Below are positions 60,437 through 64,000 of a stretch of DNA of 64,000 nucleotides, piece by piece; within the stretch, counting starts at the first letter, position 1; the number at the start of each line of letters is the position of its first letter. Source of the stretch: Bacteroidales bacterium (GTDB taxonomy: Bacteria > Bacteroidota > Bacteroidia > Bacteroidales > GCA-2748055); contig JAWKKO010000005.1 in assembly GCA_041393235.1 (NCBI GenBank), positions 117,186 through 181,185 on the forward strand, in the 5' to 3' direction. The position numbers and the translations under genes were made by a program. The notes beneath the pieces were generated by a model. That model had not been told where the DNA came from. It made no database searches and saw nothing but the letters and a program-made list of their open reading frames with translations.

Positions 60437-62668
60437 TCAGCCGATGTCCTTTTGGTCGTGGGCGTTCACGAACAGGATGTTGCCCATTCCTTCGTATCCC
60501 AGGAAGACCTTTTGCCCTTCGTGCCGGAGCAATTCCGCATGGTACCCGATGATGCTCAGTCCGGCGTGGGCGGAATGTTCGATCATCAGCTCCCGGGTGC
60601 TCTTTCCGGGCGATTCAGGCAACACCTGGATGTTTTTCGACGTGATGGGCAGGCGTCCCGTCAGAACCAGCTGCTCCAGGTTCTGCCTTGTTTCGTCTTC
60701 CTTTCCCTTTTTGCACACATCGTACACTGTGATTTCGCTTTTGCGCCAGGAGGGATGACCCTGGATGATGAAGCTCATGAGGATCATAAGGTGGGAGTTC
60801 TCATAATCCGTGCTCTGGATCCACACGTGGATGCCGTTGCTGTAATTGATGGTCCGGTCGCTGGAGCCAAAGATGCAGACGTCGAACCGACCCGCGTTCA
60901 CCAGGGAAAAATTCTCCACGATCTCTTTCAGGTTCTGGGGATTTTCCCGGTCGTACTCAAATATGACCATGTTGTTCTCCATGCCGGAGATTCCCGGAAC
61001 CTGGATGGCCTGTGCCACCGCGGAGGTGTACGAGGGCGAGATCATGGTGTCCACGTACACATGGCTGCCTTTTCCTTTGAAATTCTTGATGAGCTTGTCC
61101 AGCTCCTCCACCGAGCGTTGCAATGTGGCCCTCGAATAATAGCCCTCGATGAGGTGGATGTAGGTTCCGAAGCCGTATTTGTGGCTGATCCAGTTCAGGA
61201 GCAAAAAGGCTTTGTCGCGGTGAAAGGAATCCCGGGTGATGCAAATGGCACTGGGCCGCCATTCCTTGTCTCCTCCCCGGTTCTTGCTCGATTGCTGCAA
61301 ATAGACCTGGAGGTTCCGGTTCAGCTGGAACAGGGAGTTGGTAAAGATGGCCACCAGCCCTTTCCGGTCCTTGTGCACATAATTGATGAACATGTACAGC
61401 AGGAGCATGGCCGCGATGGCCACGATGGCAAAGAGGGTGTCGATTTTGAACATGACCCAGAAGGATGCCACAAAACCCACCAACGAAACGTACCATCTGG
61501 AACGGAACGAGGGCCGGTAGGAAGGGGACGAACCGAAATGGTGAAGGAAAGAGATCAGGCACAGAGCCCCGTAGGTTACCATGAAAAACATGGAGATGAT
61601 GGAGGCCACGGTGTTGACATCGCCCAGAAGAATAAAGAACATGGCGATGGCTGCGGTGACCAGGGTGGCGTTGTGTGGCTCCCGGGCCGGTCCCTTGCCC
61701 TTGTAAAGAAAAATGTTCAGCTTTCTTGAAGGAAAGGAGCGGTCGCCGGCCAGTGCCTGCAGGGTCCGCGGAGCCACCAGGATGGATCCGATGGCCGATG
61801 AAAAGGTGGATGCGGCCAATCCCAGGGGAATGACAAAGGAACCGCCGAGGGCGATGTCGGCCATAACGAGCTGATTCTGCGGGTCGGCCAGAGTTGCCAG
61901 GTCGGCCGATGCCGCCAATTTCCAAACAACGAAAAAGTAGACGATCATTCCCGAAATGGTGGCCGTCACCGTACCGATGGGAATGGACCGCCCCGGTTTC
62001 TTCAGATCGCCGGACAACCCCACCCCGGCCGTCATGCCGGTAAAAGCCGGAAAGATGATGGCAAACACAGTGAAAAACTGACCCCGGTCGCCCCGGGCCG
62101 CCTCCATGAGCGAGAAACTGTGAACCTGCCCGTATTCGGTCTGCCCGAGAAAAAACATCAGGAGGGAGATGAACAGGATAGCGACCACAATGTACAGGGT
62201 TTGCATGCCCACCGACGATCCTTTTTTCAGGATCAGAAGGGCCAGCAGAAACATGGCGGGCACACTGATGACCTGACGGGGCAAGGTGAAGGCAAACCGG
62301 TTCTGAATCCACCGAAACAGGATTTCAAAGGATTCGGTGAAAGCGATGATGTAAAAAGCGACACTGATGGCCTGACTCAAAAACAGGGCAAATCCGATGG
62401 TGGCGCCGATGTTCATCCCGAAGGAACGGGAGATGATGAAATACTCGCCCCCTCCTTCCACCCGCTTGTTGGTCGCTATTTCAGAGATGGCGAGGGCCGT
62501 GGGAATGGTAACCAGATGCCCCAGCAGCACGATCCCCACCACCCCCCAGAAGCCCAGGGTGCCCACGGCGAATCCGAAACGAAGGAACAGGATGGCTCCC
62601 AGAATGGTGGCGATGGCCGTGAAAAAGACGGGGGCGGTACCGAAGGATTTGGCGGATGGTGCGGCCAT
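60437..62668 (-). CDS. APC-superfamily permease of the cation-chloride cotransporter (SLC12)-like type with large C-terminal cytoplasmic domain
   Basis: 743 aa. The N-terminal ~460 aa form a 12-TM amino-acid-permease fold (GTAPVFFTAIATILGAILFLRFG). The C-terminal ~280 aa are soluble. Confidence 0.8.
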   Translation of the reverse strand: MAAPSAKSFGTAPVFFTAIATILGAILFLRFGFAVGTLGFWGVVGIVLLGHLVTIPTALAISEIATNKRVEGGGEYFIISRSFGMNIGATIGFALFLSQAISVAFYIIAFTESFEILFRWIQNRFAFTLPRQVISVPAMFLLALLILKKGSSVGMQTLYIVVAILFISLLMFFLGQTEYGQVHSFSLMEAARGDRGQFFTVFAIIFPAFTGMTAGVGLSGDLKKPGRSIPIGTVTATISGMIVYFFVVWKLAASADLATLADPQNQLVMADIALGGSFVIPLGLAASTFSSAIGSILVAPRTLQALAGDRSFPSRKLNIFLYKGKGPAREPHNATLVTAAIAMFFILLGDVNTVASIISMFFMVTYGALCLISFLHHFGSSPSYRPSFRSRWYVSLVGFVASFWVMFKIDTLFAIVAIAAMLLLYMFINYVHKDRKGLVAIFTNSLFQLNRNLQVYLQQSSKNRGGDKEWRPSAICITRDSFHRDKAFLLLNWISHKYGFGTYIHLIEGYYSRATLQRSVEELDKLIKNFKGKGSHVYVDTMISPSYTSAVAQAIQVPGISGMENNMVIFEYDRENPQNLKEIVENFSLVNAGRFDVCIFGSSDRTINYSNGIHVWIQSTDYENSHLMILMSFIIQGHPSWRKSEITVYDVCKKGKEDETRQNLEQLVLTGRLPITSKNIQVLPESPGKSTRELMIEHSAHAGLSIIGYHAELLRHEGQKVFLGYEGMGNILFVNAHDQKDIG

Positions 62669-62689
62669 GGGGGCAAGTGTTGTTTACAT

Positions 62690-62697
62690 CAAAGTTA
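62690..62697 (-). promoter_or_regulatory. Bacteroidota-type -7 box candidate (TAACTTTG on - strand) upstream of the permease
   Basis: Matches the TAnnTTTG consensus. It ends 21 nt upstream of the ATG at 62668. No clear -33 TTTG partner was found. Confidence 0.25.
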
Positions 62698-62760
62698 GTA
62701 AAGTTTGTAAGGTTTGTAAAGAAATTGAGTTTTTAAAGGAGTGGCAAAGTATGTCAAGTT

Positions 62761-62792
62761 GGGAAAGTGAGTGGGAAAGTGAGTGGGAAAGT
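62761..62792. repeat. Tandem 12-mer gggaaagtgagt x2.7
   Basis: Read directly: gggaaagtgagt gggaaagtgagt gggaaagt. Confidence 0.9.
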
Positions 62793-62840
62793 TGCCGCCC
62801 CCTGCTCCCCAACTTTACAAACTTTCCCAACTTTCAAACT

Positions 62841-62880
62841 CCTTTACAAACTTTATAACTCCTTTACAAACTTTATAACT
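62841..62880. repeat. Exact tandem 20-mer cctttacaaactttataact x2
   Basis: Read directly: 62841-62860 is identical to 62861-62880. Confidence 0.9.
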
Positions 62881-62898
62881 TTATAAACTTTACCAACT

Positions 62899-64000
62899 CT
62901 AGAAATACAAATCCCGCTCCCCCTTGCGGATCCGCTCCAGCCGCTCCTCGACCCGTGTCTTGAATTTTCCATCCTCCATCTCCTGGAGGTTTTTCTCGAT
63001 GAGCCGGTAGCCCTTTTCCCTGGTGCCGTTGACGGCATAATCCTCCAGGTACTCGGCCATGGTGAGCATGGCATTGGGCGTGCAATAGCGCTTGATGAAT
63101 CCGGGAACGGAGAATTCCATGAAATGCTCGCCGGTGCGGCCGGTTCGGTAGCAGGCCGTGCAAAAGGACGGGAGGTAGTCGTTTTCGATCAATTCGTCCA
63201 TCACCTCGGCCAGGGAGCGGTTGTCGTTGATCTGAAATTGTTCCGCATCCAGGTCCTGGTCGTTTTTCTTCTCGGCGTAAGCTTTGAGCTCGATCTTGGT
63301 TCCGCCGTCGATCTGGGAGACCCCGAAACCGAGGATCTCGTCCCGGATGGCTGCGGGTTCCCGGGCCGTCAGGATCAGACCGGTGTAGGGAACAGCCAGG
63401 CGCAGGATGGCCACCATGCGGGTGAAATCCTCGTCGCTTACCTCCCACCGGGGATCCACCCTGACCCCGGAGGCCGCCTTCAGCCTCGGGAAGGATATGG
63501 TGTGGGGCCCCACGTTGTACACGGCCTCGAAATGATTCACATGGCGGAGAAGACCCAGCACCTCAAACCTCCAGTCGTACAGTCCGAACAGCGCTCCGAT
63601 CCCCACGTCGTCGATGCCGGCTTCCTGGGCCCGGTCCAGGGCGGTGATCCGCCAATCGTAGTCCTTTTTCACTCCGCCGGTGTGGTATTTGGCGTAGGCT
63701 CCCCGGTGGTAGGTTTCCTGAAAGACCTGGTAGGTACCGATGCCGGCCTCCTTCACCGTCCGGAAGCCCTGAATATCCAATGGAGCCGCGTTGATGTTCA
63801 CCCGGCGGATCTCCCCGTTGCCCTTTTTGACCTGGTACACGGTACGCACGGTTTCCGCAATGAATTCCGGGTTGTATTTGGGGTGCTCCCCGTAGACGAG
63901 GATCAGGCGCTTTTGCCCCATGTCCTCCAGCATCTCCACTTCCCGGATCAGTTCCTCGTTGTTCAGGGTGCTTCTGCGCTGGCTCTTGTTGGAGGTGCGG
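62899..64000 (-). CDS. hydG: [FeFe]-hydrogenase H-cluster radical SAM maturase HydG, C-terminal ~365 aa (N-terminus beyond window edge)
   Basis: The frame stays open to base 64000. The C-terminal CX2CX22C cluster motif is present (CTACYRTGRTGEHFMEFSVPGFIKRYC). The protein ends in the ...GERDLYF tail I associate with HydG. Confidence 0.9.
   Translation of the reverse strand, partial: RTSNKSQRRSTLNNEELIREVEMLEDMGQKRLILVYGEHPKYNPEFIAETVRTVYQVKKGNGEIRRVNINAAPLDIQGFRTVKEAGIGTYQVFQETYHRGAYAKYHTGGVKKDYDWRITALDRAQEAGIDDVGIGALFGLYDWRFEVLGLLRHVNHFEAVYNVGPHTISFPRLKAASGVRVDPRWEVSDEDFTRMVAILRLAVPYTGLILTAREPAAIRDEILGFGVSQIDGGTKIELKAYAEKKNDQDLDAEQFQINDNRSLAEVMDELIENDYLPSFCTACYRTGRTGEHFMEFSVPGFIKRYCTPNAMLTMAEYLEDYAVNGTREKGYRLIEKNLQEMEDGKFKTRVEERLERIRKGERDLYF

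Larger units (their letters stand above)
62697..62900. repeat. AT-rich AAAGT/ACTTT-phased repeat element, copy 2, organised as two opposed arrays around a GC-rich centre
   Basis: The left half (62697-62792) carries about 9 AAAGT/AAGGT cores. The centre is gttgccgccccctgctcc. The right half (62811-62900) carries about 9 ACTTT cores spaced 8-12 nt apart. It shares an identical 26-mer and 14-mer with 21243-21308. Confidence 0.85.

Noticed and set aside
60410-60439. Palindromic sequence tgatcc...ccggatccgg...ggatca between the convergent DUF2891 and permease genes, considered as a bidirectional terminator.
   Set aside because: It overlaps both stop codons and the stems are short (6 bp outer). 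There is no U-tract on either strand. It was not called as a feature.
62397-62858. ORF encoding ...SSWESEWESEWESCRPLLPNFTNFPNFQTPLQTL.
   Set aside because: It is a translation artefact of the tandem repeats and of the antisense strand of the permease gene.
62697-62900. Possible CRISPR array or invertible promoter.
   Set aside because: The repeats are 12-20 nt, contiguous and degenerate, with no unique spacers and no cas genes, so this is not CRISPR. Inversion is only a remote possibility. The longest perfect inverted repeat is 12 bp and no recombinase gene is in the window.

Overview
A 64-kb, gene-dense, GC-rich chromosomal segment. Spot counts of 60-nt lines give about 57-68% GC in most genes and about 43-53% between 43.4 and 50.4 kb; no full computation was done. 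I call about 51 protein-coding genes. I found no rRNA, tRNA, CRISPR array, integrase, transposase or prophage gene. The gene content suggests an FCB-group or Bacteroidota-like organism capable of anaerobic metabolism. The evidence is a T9SS C-terminal sorting domain, a TonB-dependent receptor with a CarboxypepD_reg domain paired with DUF4249, and the HydE/F/G maturases; this taxonomic call is inference only.

Layout, left to right:
- Nitrogen assimilation: gltB (partial), gltD, amt.
- A + strand run of lipoprotein, radical SAM, 4-TM protein, TonB-dependent receptor, DUF4249 and a barrel-less plug protein.
- A 6-kb - strand signalling and outer-membrane cluster: two beta-barrel proteins, two tandem STAS-like paralogs, a hybrid kinase and a GAF kinase.
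- Two divergent type-B carboxylesterase paralogs.
- A minimal arsR-arsM pair.
- A - strand run of MCP, OprB-like porin, methyltransferase and 5TM-Lyt hybrid kinase.
- A three-gene sugar-type operon, an aldo/keto reductase, katG and a TraB/GumN protein.
- A divergent pair of polysaccharide-deacetylase-containing proteins: a GH9-CE4 fusion, and an FG-GAP-CE4-T9SS protein.
- A lower-GC stretch with two kinases, small secreted hypotheticals and a cation/H+ antiporter.
- lipB, VWA, lipA and NUDIX, then an aspartase-like-hydF-hydE-PHP-DUF2891 operon, an SLC12-like permease and hydG (partial).

Most noteworthy:
- (i) The hyd maturase neighbourhood has translationally coupled, uncharacterised partners and no hydA in the window.
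- (ii) An AT-rich AAAGT/ACTTT-phased repeat element occurs at two loci. The two copies share an identical 26-mer. At one locus the motifs form opposed arrays.
- (iii) Five reading-frame disruptions occur in three genes. Two sit at identical G5 runs, and one pair is mutually compensating.

All family assignments come from motif recognition by eye. No database search was run.
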